64,000 nucleotides of DNA from a virus, in IMG/VR virus record IMGVR_UViG_3300033144_003548; one strand, written 5' to 3'. Within the stretch, counting starts at the first letter, position 1. The number at the start of each line of letters is the position of its first letter. The translations under genes were made by a program, and so were the position numbers. The notes beneath the pieces are model-generated. The model saw only the letters and a list, made by a program, of their open reading frames with translations, made no database searches and was not told the DNA's origin. Positions 1 to 10,800 of this stretch are shown one piece after another.

Positions 1-372
1 AATGTTAGCAATATCAGGACTATAATAAAAATTATTTTCTGTCCAATCTTCGGGGTCCCAAGCCACTGACTGACTACCACGAGTCCTAGTTTTAAGGTCA
101 TCAAGTGAAGCCCACGTTGCAGGATTCGCTTCAGCAACCCCTTTAATTGTGATGTTAGTAAGACCACTCCTAGTAAGACTTGCCTTAACTTTTATTGTTG
201 CCGCACTAATTGTTGAACCCTTGGGGATAGTGACATTGACAAATCTAATCCCCGCATACCTAGCATATACCCAAAAACCAAATTGAAGAATATCTGCCGT
301 AGGGTAGTAGTTAGTTGAGTATCCATACACATCATCTGTTGATTGACCTGGGTATACTTTCACGTTACTCAT
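1..372 (-). CDS. Tail-associated protein (partial, runs off window start)
   Basis: Own translation MSNVKVYPGQSTDD...AGIRFVNVTIPKGSTISAATI..., open to base 1; beta-sandwich-like motif; directly downstream of tail fibre genes. Confidence 0.7.
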   Translation of the reverse strand, partial: MSNVKVYPGQSTDDVYGYSTNYYPTADILQFGFWVYARYAGIRFVNVTIPKGSTISAATIKVKASLTRSGLTNITIKGVAEANPATWASLDDLKTRTRGSQSVAWDPEDWTENNFYYSPDIANI

Positions 373-373
373 C

Positions 374-1258
374 TTACTTCCTCTCTATAACAGTTGTATC
401 AGGTTTGAACCAAACAATATTTGCAGCGTGTGCCCAACCTGCTTTAACAACAAACTCTCCAGATACGCTAGGTATACTCTCAGTCAAGTCACCGCTAGTT
501 GTTGCCAACCAAAGACCACTAGAAGTATCCCAATTCCAATCATCATCCCTAATGAAACCTAATGTTAGCAAAGTTATAGAACCATCTTCAATGCCAGAAG
601 CTACTACCAACGCCAAATGACCAGCAACTTGTTCTTCCACCGTAGCTATCGTTCTCTTCCACCTACCATCACTTGCATAATAAACGGACTCACCAAATGC
701 TAATGTTTCACCAGCAATTCCACTACAAACAAGTCCTGAATAGTCATGGTCAGAAGTTAGCTCAGACTCAATATTTATTGTTTTAGCAAATTCGAGACCA
801 GTTTCTCCTGCATTAACAGTAACAATTTTCTTTGCTGAACCAGTGTAGCTAGAAGGAGTATCGGTCAGTTCGGTAAATTGGTTAACTTCAGATGTGGCTC
901 CAGAGATTACAACAATTTGCCCTTCCTCTGTTACGCTAACCGTACCTTTTCCTGATATGGTAACAGCACCAATTAGTTCATTTATCGTATCAACATCAGT
1001 CTGACCAGATATTGTAATTACTTGACCAACAACCGAAACAACCACTTCACCCGCACCAGAAATAGTGATTGCACCGAACAAGTCATTCAGAGTATCAACT
1101 CCGACACTCTCACCACCGACAAAGATGCCTCCAGAGGTTGTTCCATCTCCCATATACAACCTTTTAAGGTCTGTAGCCCATACTGGTTCACCCTGTTCAG
1201 GAACAATAACCTCAATTTGAGGACGTGTTCCCCTTCTAAAATATATCTTTGTTGCCAT
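374..1258 (-). CDS. Tail fibre protein
   Basis: N-terminal KIYFRRGT...GEPVWATDLKRLYMGDG motif typical of Mtd/hyaluronidase-type fibre N-termini; internal repeat (DTLN.L.GA.TISG); tail module. Confidence 0.75.
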   Translation of the reverse strand: MATKIYFRRGTRPQIEVIVPEQGEPVWATDLKRLYMGDGTTSGGIFVGGESVGVDTLNDLFGAITISGAGEVVVSVVGQVITISGQTDVDTINELIGAVTISGKGTVSVTEEGQIVVISGATSEVNQFTELTDTPSSYTGSAKKIVTVNAGETGLEFAKTINIESELTSDHDYSGLVCSGIAGETLAFGESVYYASDGRWKRTIATVEEQVAGHLALVVASGIEDGSITLLTLGFIRDDDWNWDTSSGLWLATTSGDLTESIPSVSGEFVVKAGWAHAANIVWFKPDTTVIERK

Positions 1259-1260
1259 CT

Positions 1261-2409
1261 TTATCCACCTCTAATAAAATCCGTCCATATTATGCTAAGT
1301 CCAACACAAGCGGGGTTACTCAACGCATCACCTGTTGGAGTTATAGCCATTAGCTCCAAAGTAACACAATCACCAGGGTCAATCTCTGAGGATGGTATTA
1401 TCACCACATCAGTACAATATGCTACCTGTTCTGTAGTAGACGATGATTCATAAACATCCTCAACGGTTAATATTGACTCCCCTGAGTTAACATTTTCGTT
1501 TACGCCGTTTATAACAAGATACTTTACCTGCCACTTTACACGCTTACCTGAATCATCTGACCCTGTTGAACTCCGTGTCCAATGAATACGCATCGAAATA
1601 TCCTTACCAACAACCCAATTATCTGGTATATGAAATTTATAATAAGCTTTGTCATTGTCAACTGTAAATTCGAGTGCCGAACAAATACCATAAATATCTA
1701 CAGCGGGGGGTGAAGTGGGGTTTTTACCAAGACCATCAGCAGAAACTAGCAAATGCTCAGTAGTTATTTGTGGTGTTCCATCAAGAATGTCGTTCATAGT
1801 AGCAGAACCACCATCAGCCGCAGTCCTGTCTACTTCTACCGCACCAGAATATGTTTCATCAATACCCCCACCATCATAGTAATCAACTGGACGCCACTCC
1901 AAACCAGCCTCATCGTCTCTAATTGTTGGAACTTGGGTATATCTATTCCAATAACTACTTGGGGTATCATTTAAGTCAAGAAATGTTAGTGCTCCAATTA
2001 TAGCAAATAATTCGTGTAAAGCAGCTTCAACATCATCTTTAGTAAAATCTCCCTGTGGGTCGTAAACACCAATCAAACTTGCACCGTAACCACTGGCGGT
2101 AGAACCCAATCCAGATGAAGTGGGAACAACAGCTTCTCCTTCATCCGCTAATTTAACAACACCAAGTTCAGTTGTTGTTGCTACTTTGACCTTGCTTCCC
2201 TCAATTTGGGCATTAGGATTTATGTGACGGTTATAAACCGCTCCGTCAGCAATTGGGTCATCGGGGGAAGATGCAGTACCAGAGATAGTACCAACACCAA
2301 CTTTAGAATAATCAATCTTTCCGTCAGTTACATAAGGAAATTGGCGCTTCTTTATTTCTCTAATAACCCAATCTACTATTTGTTTTGCTTCTTGTCTAGT
2401 AATTGACAT
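1261..2409 (-). CDS. Tail fibre / structural protein
   Basis: ATTTELGVVKLA fibre motif; FLDLNDTPSSY motif shared with neighbour (FTELTDTPSSY). Confidence 0.7.
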   Translation of the reverse strand: MSITRQEAKQIVDWVIREIKKRQFPYVTDGKIDYSKVGVGTISGTASSPDDPIADGAVYNRHINPNAQIEGSKVKVATTTELGVVKLADEGEAVVPTSSGLGSTASGYGASLIGVYDPQGDFTKDDVEAALHELFAIIGALTFLDLNDTPSSYWNRYTQVPTIRDDEAGLEWRPVDYYDGGGIDETYSGAVEVDRTAADGGSATMNDILDGTPQITTEHLLVSADGLGKNPTSPPAVDIYGICSALEFTVDNDKAYYKFHIPDNWVVGKDISMRIHWTRSSTGSDDSGKRVKWQVKYLVINGVNENVNSGESILTVEDVYESSSTTEQVAYCTDVVIIPSSEIDPGDCVTLELMAITPTGDALSNPACVGLSIIWTDFIRGG

Positions 2410-4628
2410 TAAAAAATTACCCCTCTAATAGATGGGATATATTTATAAGTTGCATCTACAGCAGTAAACGTTTCACCAGTGCAAGGAATTTTGTCACCAG
2501 AAGCTTTCACAGCTTGCTCATTACTTACAAATCCATAGTCAGCGGCTATCGTCCCCGTTGAAGCATAAACACCAATAAAATCACCAATTTGTATGTCTAT
2601 ATTAGCAGTTATTCGGTGGTAACCTGCACTAAGACTTCCAACAACCACATACGCTCGTGTCGAATATGTAGAACCACCAGCACTGTAGAAGGTAGCAATT
2701 TTAACATCTGTCATGTCATATTTGACATATACATCCACGTAATTTAGCTTCCCGCCCTTTGTTGCGGGGTAAGCTTTGTTAATTAAAGTATTAGCACAAC
2801 TTATTGCCGTATATCTATCCACTGGTGCTGAACCCACAACACCTATATTCTTACCTCTATCATAAACCTCAAGGAAGATTTGGTCACACCTGCATACACC
2901 AGAGGCAACGTCCCCAACAGCAGGAGCTTGTAAATCTATTCCAGCTATTAAAGCGTTAACTCCACTAATAGTCCAAGGTTCGCTAGTGTAAGGGTCTAAG
3001 CAACAAGCACCAAGAAGATAGGTCTCAGTATCACTAAATTCCAAACGTGGGGTGCTGTATTGACTGCCACCACTCTTTAAGAACTGTTGAGCTTCAGCAA
3101 GGTCACCACCTGTACATTTACGAAATACAGGTTTAGGAGTCCAGTCATGGCTGTGAACTATCACAGTTTGACCACCTTTCGCACCTATTGTACGCTGCCT
3201 TCTAACTTCTCCACCCGACCTCAAGTCATTACCTTGTGAGTTATATGGTATCACCTCATTATACGGCGTACCTGTAATTACATTCCATACCCCAAAAGGT
3301 CCTTGTGATGGGTAATCCCAAACCTCACAACACCAAAAACGACCATCCTGTGTTGCATCGTTAAACAAGAAATATCCACCATTAAGACCAGTTGCGGTGT
3401 GTTGCGTGTAGGTATCAGTAGCTATCTCATAACTCCAATATTTACTCTGAACAGCACTGGAAAACCATACTTTACCATTGGCTACATCAAAGTAAGCGGC
3501 TCGTCCACGTGCAGTAGACCCTGTACTATTGCTATATTCTGTCCATGTATCAGTTGAAATGGTGTACTTTAAAACTTTACTAACACCACCAACACCAGTA
3601 CAAACCGCCCAAATTGTATTACTATCTTCGAAGCAGATGGCTTCCACTTGCTGACCATAAGGAGCGGCAGATGATACACTTTCCCACGCATCAGTAGTCT
3701 TGTTATAGATGCGGATATGGTTTGATTGTCCCCAATAAATCTTGTTACCCCTGGTTACAAAAGCACAGTGTCCTGGGTAAAAGGAATACTTGTTCGCTTT
3801 CTTAGTATAAGTACCAGATATTAGATTATATTTGTAGAAATTAGCATCTTCACCACCAAGATAAACGTCATTGTTATCGTCAATAGTCGAGAAGAACGTA
3901 ACAACCCTGTTCCAACTGTAACCAAACGGTGCATCTGGACAAGTTACCCACTCGGAGATAGCTCCACCTGTAGCACCTATCCAAGATTTTAGTCTAACCT
4001 CGGCTACTCCGTTTAAAGCCCCTATAGGAACATTCTCCATGTTAAAGAAAGCATATCCAGAACCAAACACCATTCTTTGGATATACGTAGCATCCTTCAA
4101 ATGTACTCTATACCAAAGGTCTCCTGTTGGACTAGCAACAAGTCCAGAGTAAGCATAATCAGCTTCAGTTAAAAGAAGTAACCCACTAATAGATGGTGTT
4201 CTAACTTCGGCAAGATAATTACCTCCAAGAGCCACATCAGTTACAGGTTCATCCAACAATTCCATAACCGAATTACCCCAACTAATAGTCTTATATAATT
4301 TTTGGTCAGTACCAACTACTGCTACAGCCGAATCCATGTCCACATCTATTTGAGTAACGACACCTGATATTGACACACCTTGCTTATAAGTAAAAACTTC
4401 TCCAGATGCCCCTGAGAAAGTATAAAGAATACCATCAGCACCGATTACTGAATTCCGCTCATCCGCAATATCAAAACCAATATCCTCGGCAGAGCTTGGT
4501 ACTCCTGACATCGGATACCAAGTTGTACCGAAATCAGAGCTTCTAAAACCATACCCTCCTTCAAATATAGCTTGAATTTCGTCACCACGAACAAACATTC
4601 CTTTAAACTTATGTTGTGTCATTACCAA
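2409..4628 (-). CDS. Tail spike/receptor-binding protein with beta-propeller repeats
   Basis: Asp-box (SSDFGTTW) and kelch-like Y..TD.W repeats; tail module. Confidence 0.6.
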   Translation of the reverse strand: MVMTQHKFKGMFVRGDEIQAIFEGGYGFRSSDFGTTWYPMSGVPSSAEDIGFDIADERNSVIGADGILYTFSGASGEVFTYKQGVSISGVVTQIDVDMDSAVAVVGTDQKLYKTISWGNSVMELLDEPVTDVALGGNYLAEVRTPSISGLLLLTEADYAYSGLVASPTGDLWYRVHLKDATYIQRMVFGSGYAFFNMENVPIGALNGVAEVRLKSWIGATGGAISEWVTCPDAPFGYSWNRVVTFFSTIDDNNDVYLGGEDANFYKYNLISGTYTKKANKYSFYPGHCAFVTRGNKIYWGQSNHIRIYNKTTDAWESVSSAAPYGQQVEAICFEDSNTIWAVCTGVGGVSKVLKYTISTDTWTEYSNSTGSTARGRAAYFDVANGKVWFSSAVQSKYWSYEIATDTYTQHTATGLNGGYFLFNDATQDGRFWCCEVWDYPSQGPFGVWNVITGTPYNEVIPYNSQGNDLRSGGEVRRQRTIGAKGGQTVIVHSHDWTPKPVFRKCTGGDLAEAQQFLKSGGSQYSTPRLEFSDTETYLLGACCLDPYTSEPWTISGVNALIAGIDLQAPAVGDVASGVCRCDQIFLEVYDRGKNIGVVGSAPVDRYTAISCANTLINKAYPATKGGKLNYVDVYVKYDMTDVKIATFYSAGGSTYSTRAYVVVGSLSAGYHRITANIDIQIGDFIGVYASTGTIAADYGFVSNEQAVKASGDKIPCTGETFTAVDATYKYIPSIRGVIF

Positions 4629-5824
4629 TCACCACTCTTAGCTAATATCCAGTTTTCGCCACCATCCATTGTTGTGTAAATATCAGTTTCTGTCGCTACA
4701 ACCACTTTATTAGAGTTCATTTCGCTTCCTCTTATTTCGACTACTTTAACACCAAAAGCCTTCACCTTATCCCAAGTAGCGAAAGAGTCTGTAGTCTTAT
4801 ATACATCTCCACTATCAGTACCAAACCACGCAGTAGCTTCTTCGGGATAATCCAACAGATTCTTTATATAATCAATATAAACAGCAGTTATTGCCGAATC
4901 AACTTCAAATATCTTATTCCAAAAACCTCCACCGCTCCAAACATACCATAGACCTCCGATTGAAGTTCCAGCAATGGCAGATTTTGCTTTGACATCTGCT
5001 GTAACACAATTGACTACTCCAGAGGCAGGATATGGGGTGCTACCGCTAACAGTTGTGTATGGTTCACCAGGCTCTTCTTGGTCTTCTTCAGGGGGTATCA
5101 CTGAATAAGAAATTTTCAACCAAGGAGTAACATGATTATAATCCTCTGGATGGTTTGGAGGAAGATTGTTGCTCCAATATGTTGTCATAGCACCTTGGAA
5201 TGTGATTTCTAACAACTGATTAGTGTCTGATGGACGATGGTCATAGTCCCAACCAATCGGAGCTTTGTGTGTTAATTGTAACCTAATTCCCAACCAACCC
5301 CAACCACTTGCTATAACAGTTTGAATAGCAGTTGTTATATCTAAACCATCCATCCAGTAAGGTCCATAGGTATTATAATCAGTCTGTATGCCTGCAACAG
5401 TATCAAATGTACCAATCTCTGTCCACCCTGCTGACCCTTCATCATCCTCATCAAGTGTCGCCCAAGGAAAATCGTTTGCATTATACGAACTCTTATAATA
5501 AGCTTTAAGAGACATTTGCGTAGTGTCAGGAACTTGGACATTAAGAATCGACCCCACCATAACGTATAAAGTAGCACTATCAAGAGTCACTCCACTCAAA
5601 GTTGGTACTTGTAACTTAAAATAAGAATGACTATAATAAGACTCGTAGTGGTCTGAAATAACGTCCAAAGGGAATGACCACTCTTTCACGCATTCAAATC
5701 CCGCATAGTAGAATTGGTTCTCTAAGCGAGTTTCATCAACGCTACCATCAGAGTTCTTTGATATTATTCGACCACCTGCAAGATTATTTCTTGGGGGGTC
5801 AATCCACCAATCACTTGTTGCCAT
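4622..5824 (-). CDS. Minor tail protein with C-terminal BNR/Asp-box repeats
   Basis: TTDSFATW and TTMDGGENW Asp-boxes; position after hub. Confidence 0.6.
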   Translation of the reverse strand: MATSDWWIDPPRNNLAGGRIISKNSDGSVDETRLENQFYYAGFECVKEWSFPLDVISDHYESYYSHSYFKLQVPTLSGVTLDSATLYVMVGSILNVQVPDTTQMSLKAYYKSSYNANDFPWATLDEDDEGSAGWTEIGTFDTVAGIQTDYNTYGPYWMDGLDITTAIQTVIASGWGWLGIRLQLTHKAPIGWDYDHRPSDTNQLLEITFQGAMTTYWSNNLPPNHPEDYNHVTPWLKISYSVIPPEEDQEEPGEPYTTVSGSTPYPASGVVNCVTADVKAKSAIAGTSIGGLWYVWSGGGFWNKIFEVDSAITAVYIDYIKNLLDYPEEATAWFGTDSGDVYKTTDSFATWDKVKAFGVKVVEIRGSEMNSNKVVVATETDIYTTMDGGENWILAKSGDW

Positions 5825-5833
5825 TATAAACCT

Positions 5834-7450
5834 CTAATACAAATGCCGTTCTACCCATGTCATACCACCATCATCCGTAGTCCAAACAGAACTACCAGAA
5901 GCGACATAAATTGTCTTCCACTCCATTTGTTGCCCAAATTCTATTGGAATTACTCTCGTTAGAGAATGACTTAATGGTGGGTCTCCCTTATCAGTAACCG
6001 TTAAAGTTACTGGTAAACTAAAAATACCACCAGATACCACATAGGAATTTGCTATGCCAGTCGCATTATCATACCCCGAACAAACCCATAAATAAGATAA
6101 GTCTTCTACAGGACCATTTGGGTCATAAGATGCCGCAGCATTTACGTAAACTTCACCCACAAACGAACCATCAGACAAAACTTCGGTTTCTATCCTATAA
6201 TCAAACAATGCTACAGGAGAGACATTTTCTATTGGTGGTGAACCAGGAACTTCTGCTCCTGCTCCTCCAACAAGGTTCAATATCATAGTCCACTCACCCG
6301 CAGCAAATCTGCTAGAATAATCATATAAAACATAACTAACATTCACCGCAGTTGCATAAGGGTCATATATACCTATCGTCTGTCCAATTCCGATTCTAGG
6401 GTCACCTTCTATAGTAGCAGTAGCAGTATGTCTCAACCTATTCAAATCACTGTAGACTCTCTGAGCTACAGTTGTAACCAATTCCTGCGTATCGAGCAAG
6501 TAAGACCTAATCTCTGTCCGCCTATACCTTGGTGGGTTAGGAACATACTCCGATTCACCTGCAACAGTAGATATTAAATCTCCATAACCAATTACAGTCA
6601 CCCAATTTCTCAAATCATCGTCTGTCCTACTTTCTACACTAATTAAATTACCTGGAGTAACTACTGTAAACTTTTCACTGTCGTAAGTTTCCTTTTGACT
6701 TCTATAGTACACTGATGCCGTTTCACCAGCAATCATCCTAACTTCCTTGCACTGGACTTGACCTACGGGGTCTGCCCAAATACGGTAACCAATCAAGTCA
6801 CAAATTCTGTTAATAGCTTCCATCGCAGATTCATAAACAAATACTGCTACAGCATTATTACCAATGACTATTGCTCCAGAAGCAGGATAATCCACAAAAT
6901 CTAGTTGTTGCCTACTTTCTGGTATCCCACTTTCAGTTAATAATGTACTTATAATCTTTTTTGCCGTTCTGTCAGCAGGTGCTTGCCCACCCATTGGGTT
7001 ACCATATTGGTCTAATTCATCATCAACCAAATCTTTGAAATAGACTTTCCTATTAGTTTGAGTTAAGTAGTTATCTTGGGCAAGCTTCAACATGTCACGA
7101 CATTCTAATCTTTGAAGCTGTGGTGGGTTAGTAAACTCAGCTTGGTCAACAAAGCCAAAGAAGGTTGTCCGAAGGGTTGATGTTTTATTCCAACCTTGTT
7201 CAACTTTGACTCTATCCATTGGTTCAAATCGAACAGGGTCGCCATTTAAATCAAGTGGAGTCTTAATTACCAAAGTACAAGTAGAGCTACCTTGGTCAAA
7301 CCCATAGTTTATATCACAGCTTATAACTTCGGGGTAATAGTTGTGCCCCTCAGCATCAACACCAGGAATATCATCTTCAAGAAACCTAGTGAGAGTTACC
7401 CTAATTAAAGGTGTTTTTACTCTTTTAGCATACTCCTCAGCAATACCCAT
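5834..7450 (-). CDS. Baseplate hub/Tal-like protein with C-terminal PKD-like domain
   Basis: Hub-like N-terminus (FFGFVD...ECRD; GYRIWADP.G); PVALF...ASYDPNG...SYLW...VTLTVTD PKD signature; order TMP-Dit-hub. Confidence 0.7.
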   Translation of the reverse strand: MGIAEEYAKRVKTPLIRVTLTRFLEDDIPGVDAEGHNYYPEVISCDINYGFDQGSSTCTLVIKTPLDLNGDPVRFEPMDRVKVEQGWNKTSTLRTTFFGFVDQAEFTNPPQLQRLECRDMLKLAQDNYLTQTNRKVYFKDLVDDELDQYGNPMGGQAPADRTAKKIISTLLTESGIPESRQQLDFVDYPASGAIVIGNNAVAVFVYESAMEAINRICDLIGYRIWADPVGQVQCKEVRMIAGETASVYYRSQKETYDSEKFTVVTPGNLISVESRTDDDLRNWVTVIGYGDLISTVAGESEYVPNPPRYRRTEIRSYLLDTQELVTTVAQRVYSDLNRLRHTATATIEGDPRIGIGQTIGIYDPYATAVNVSYVLYDYSSRFAAGEWTMILNLVGGAGAEVPGSPPIENVSPVALFDYRIETEVLSDGSFVGEVYVNAAASYDPNGPVEDLSYLWVCSGYDNATGIANSYVVSGGIFSLPVTLTVTDKGDPPLSHSLTRVIPIEFGQQMEWKTIYVASGSSVWTTDDGGMTWVERHLY

Positions 7451-7451
7451 A

Positions 7452-7859
7452 TTAACCCATCCTAATAAGTGTCATTTCAACATCATATGTATCTTCACCA
7501 GAACTAGGGAAAGTGCCAATAGTAGGTCGAACTGCGGCAACAAAAGCAGCCACAAAACAACCAAATTGGGGGGTTGTTGGATATAAATGGTCTCTGCAAT
7601 TATTAACTATCTGCTTGCGTAAAAAGAAATTCTGTAACGTTCGCATCATTGTACCAGTAACCGCAGTAAAACGCAGAGTTCTCCTCGCACCTCTAAAACC
7701 ATCAACCTGAATAGAAGGCACACTTGCTCCAATAACATCTAATTCAGTCATTCGGGGTTCATATCGCCAATAACTGTCCCCACCATAACGGTCTGGATTC
7801 CTTGGGAACGTGTAGTCATATGTTCCACCAATGTCAAATCTCCATCTAGTTACTTCCAT
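7452..7859 (-). CDS. Distal tail (Dit-like) protein
   Basis: 135 aa immediately downstream of tape measure; positional inference. Confidence 0.55.
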   Translation of the reverse strand: MEVTRWRFDIGGTYDYTFPRNPDRYGGDSYWRYEPRMTELDVIGASVPSIQVDGFRGARRTLRFTAVTGTMMRTLQNFFLRKQIVNNCRDHLYPTTPQFGCFVAAFVAAVRPTIGTFPSSGEDTYDVEMTLIRMG

Positions 7860-7860
7860 T

Positions 7861-10800
7861 TTATCTCCTCACGCTTACACCAAGTGAACTAACACCACTG
7901 TAATTTGACCTAGCAACTCTAGCAAATTCCTCTCCATCCCCTTCACCTCTCTTTTTAGTAAATAATTCCCTAAGACTAGCAATTTCTTGTTTTAATCCCA
8001 CAATACCAAGATTAATACTTGACAAATACTGCTGTGATGCCGCAAGAACCCTATATGAATTGTTCAAGATTGAATTAGTTCCTGCTAGGGTATCGCCTGA
8101 CATAACAACCTCTCTTCTATGTAGGAAGTAAGGTCCAGCCTCTTTAATTGTGCCACCACCCTGCATACCTCTGTTCTTTGCCAAAAACTCCATCCAAAGT
8201 TCCCACAAACTTCCCTGAGCAGGACCGAACTCGGTTGCTTCTGTAGTCTTCATAGCCCAATACCTGCTAGGTCTTGTATACCAACCAGGTAAGTTATACT
8301 CAGCTTCAAGAGCCTCAGCAGTATTCTTTTCAATATTCCTCAATTCGACAAGCATAGCTTGCCATACTTCAGGACGTGCTTCAAATGTTTCGTAAAATCC
8401 TCTGACCACACCTTCCTCATCCCTAATAAATGCGTGATAAATTTCCTTCTGAGAGTCAAGATACCTACCAAACATTGTCTCATAACGAGTTAATAAATCC
8501 TGAATTCTACCAAGTCCAGCACCACCTGCCTCAAAGAACTCTAAACGACCTGGTTCAACATATTGACTCATATATTTTAGTCGTTCTTCGCCAACAGCTA
8601 AAGCAGTATTATATTGGTTCTGGAAGTTAACTAAATCTTGAGTAGCTTCTTTGCCATCAGCAAGAGTTTGTACAATCTTATTGAGAATGTTCAAAGCTTC
8701 ATCAGCAGCCAACGTGGCATCCTCTGTAGTCACACCCCAAGCTTCGTAGAAGGGTTCTAAGGAAGCAGCACCTGCTGCTACCGCTTTCTGTATATCAGAC
8801 CAATATTTCCATTGATCAGTAATATTCTGAAGAGTAGCTTCAGTTCCACCCAACTCTGCCTTCAAGAGTTTTGTTGCTGCTGCTCTAGTTTTCTCAGCAT
8901 CAGCTATCTTTTGTTCCATACTTACGGCTGTGCTTAAAGCTTCAACAAGAGGACCGTAAGCTTCGGGTGCTAATTCAACAAAATCTTCATAGCTTGGATA
9001 TAGTGCCCTAAACTGTTCAGCCAAATCAGGTAAATATCTCTCAAGCTGTGCCACCATTCTTGAATACGTAATAGGAGCAGATGATGCCAAGCTAAGAAGC
9101 TCTTCTCTCTCATCAGACGTTAGTTCAAGAGTCCTCTCCTTGATCTCTTCTATACGCTTTTCCGCAGCTTCTTGTAAACCAAGCTCTTTTCTTACCTCTT
9201 CAGCCCTCAAAGCAAGTTCGTCATAAACAGTTAGTTGGGTTTCAGCCGCCTCAGTAGCTTTCCTCTGAGCTTCTTCCATTCGAGGAATCATTTCACGCTG
9301 AACTTCCATTTGAGGCTCTTGGAATAGACTTGCCCACCAACGAGCTATAGCAGCACCTTGTATAGCTTCCCCCATACCAGGACCGTAACCATACTCACCC
9401 ATCATCACATCTTCCAATCCTTTGATATACTCCTCACGTCTGCTCAAAAGATCCTTCTCTTGCTGAATAACCTTGTCATACATATCCTCTTGATCCTTCA
9501 TCAAATCCTCAAGAGGAATGATAACAGTATCACTCAAATCAAGTTGTTCCCTCATTCTACCAAGAGACGAAGCGATTTCGTCAGGTAGATCTTTCATCCA
9601 CTTCTCCCTCTCCCTAGCAACTCTTTCTTCAAAGGACATAGAAGCTTGTTCAATAAGTTTAGCTATACCGCCACCAATCACAGAGCCGATAGCTAGACCA
9701 GCAGGACCTAAGAAGAAACCACCTACGGCAGCCCCAAGAGCACCGCCAATACCTGACCAATCAGAATCATATAACTCACGCATAATCATCCCGCCAGCAG
9801 CAGTACCGAATGCCAAGCCAAGTCCACGCATAGGTGTTAATAGAGTTCTCTGTAATTGAGTACCAAGGTTACTCCAAGCAGTTCTGGCAACCTCTCCTCT
9901 AGTTAAAGTAGTAGCCATCATTGGCAAGAATTGACCACCCCTGTAGAACTGACCAGTTGGAGCAGTCCATCCACCAACAGGAGCTTGGAACTGCCCCCTC
10001 GCTGTTATGGCTGCTGCTCCTAACCCTGCGGGTCTTACAACTTGCCCAACACCAGGAGCAACACCTGCTAAGGCAGTCAAGTTTCTAAGACCACCAAGGG
10101 GTCTAGCCAGAGTAACCAACCAACCAATCAAGTTAAGTTTGGTTATAGCTACCGCAGCTAATTTCAGAGCAACAAAGGCAACCGCCAGTTCAGCAACAAG
10201 TTTGATAGTCTTGCCAAGAGGTTCATTCAAATCAGCGAACCAAGAGAACACACCTGCTAATCTTTGGAAGTGCTCAGTCAGGTCAGAAATAATACCAGAC
10301 TTATCACCAAGAGCGTACCAGAATTTGTTCTGTGCAGCAGTAAATTGATCCCAAGCATTTGTCAAAGTATTAACAATTCTCTCGTTAGCATTAAGAGCTT
10401 CACCGTGTGCCCCTGCTGATGTATTAGCTGCCCTGATAGCATTAGTCCAGTTTTTAAGCAAAGCCACGAACTGAGCATACCTTCTCTGACCAGCACCAGC
10501 AGCCTTAGCAATTTGTAGGATTTGATCTTCGTCCAAAGCACCAGTTACTACCATAGAAGATAGCTCATTCATAATGTCCCAAAATGACCTAAACTCACCA
10601 GTCGCATCTCTAACAGCAACACCGAATCTACGCATAGTTGCGATAGAACCAGGGTTATACAAAGTAGCCATCAAAGCTCTGATAGCATTACCAACTTCAA
10701 CAGGACCCAAGGTAACAGCTTCACTTAGGGCTGTGATAATACCATTAACCTGGTCAACATTCAAGCCTGCTGATGCAGCAGCACTTGACATAATAGCAAA

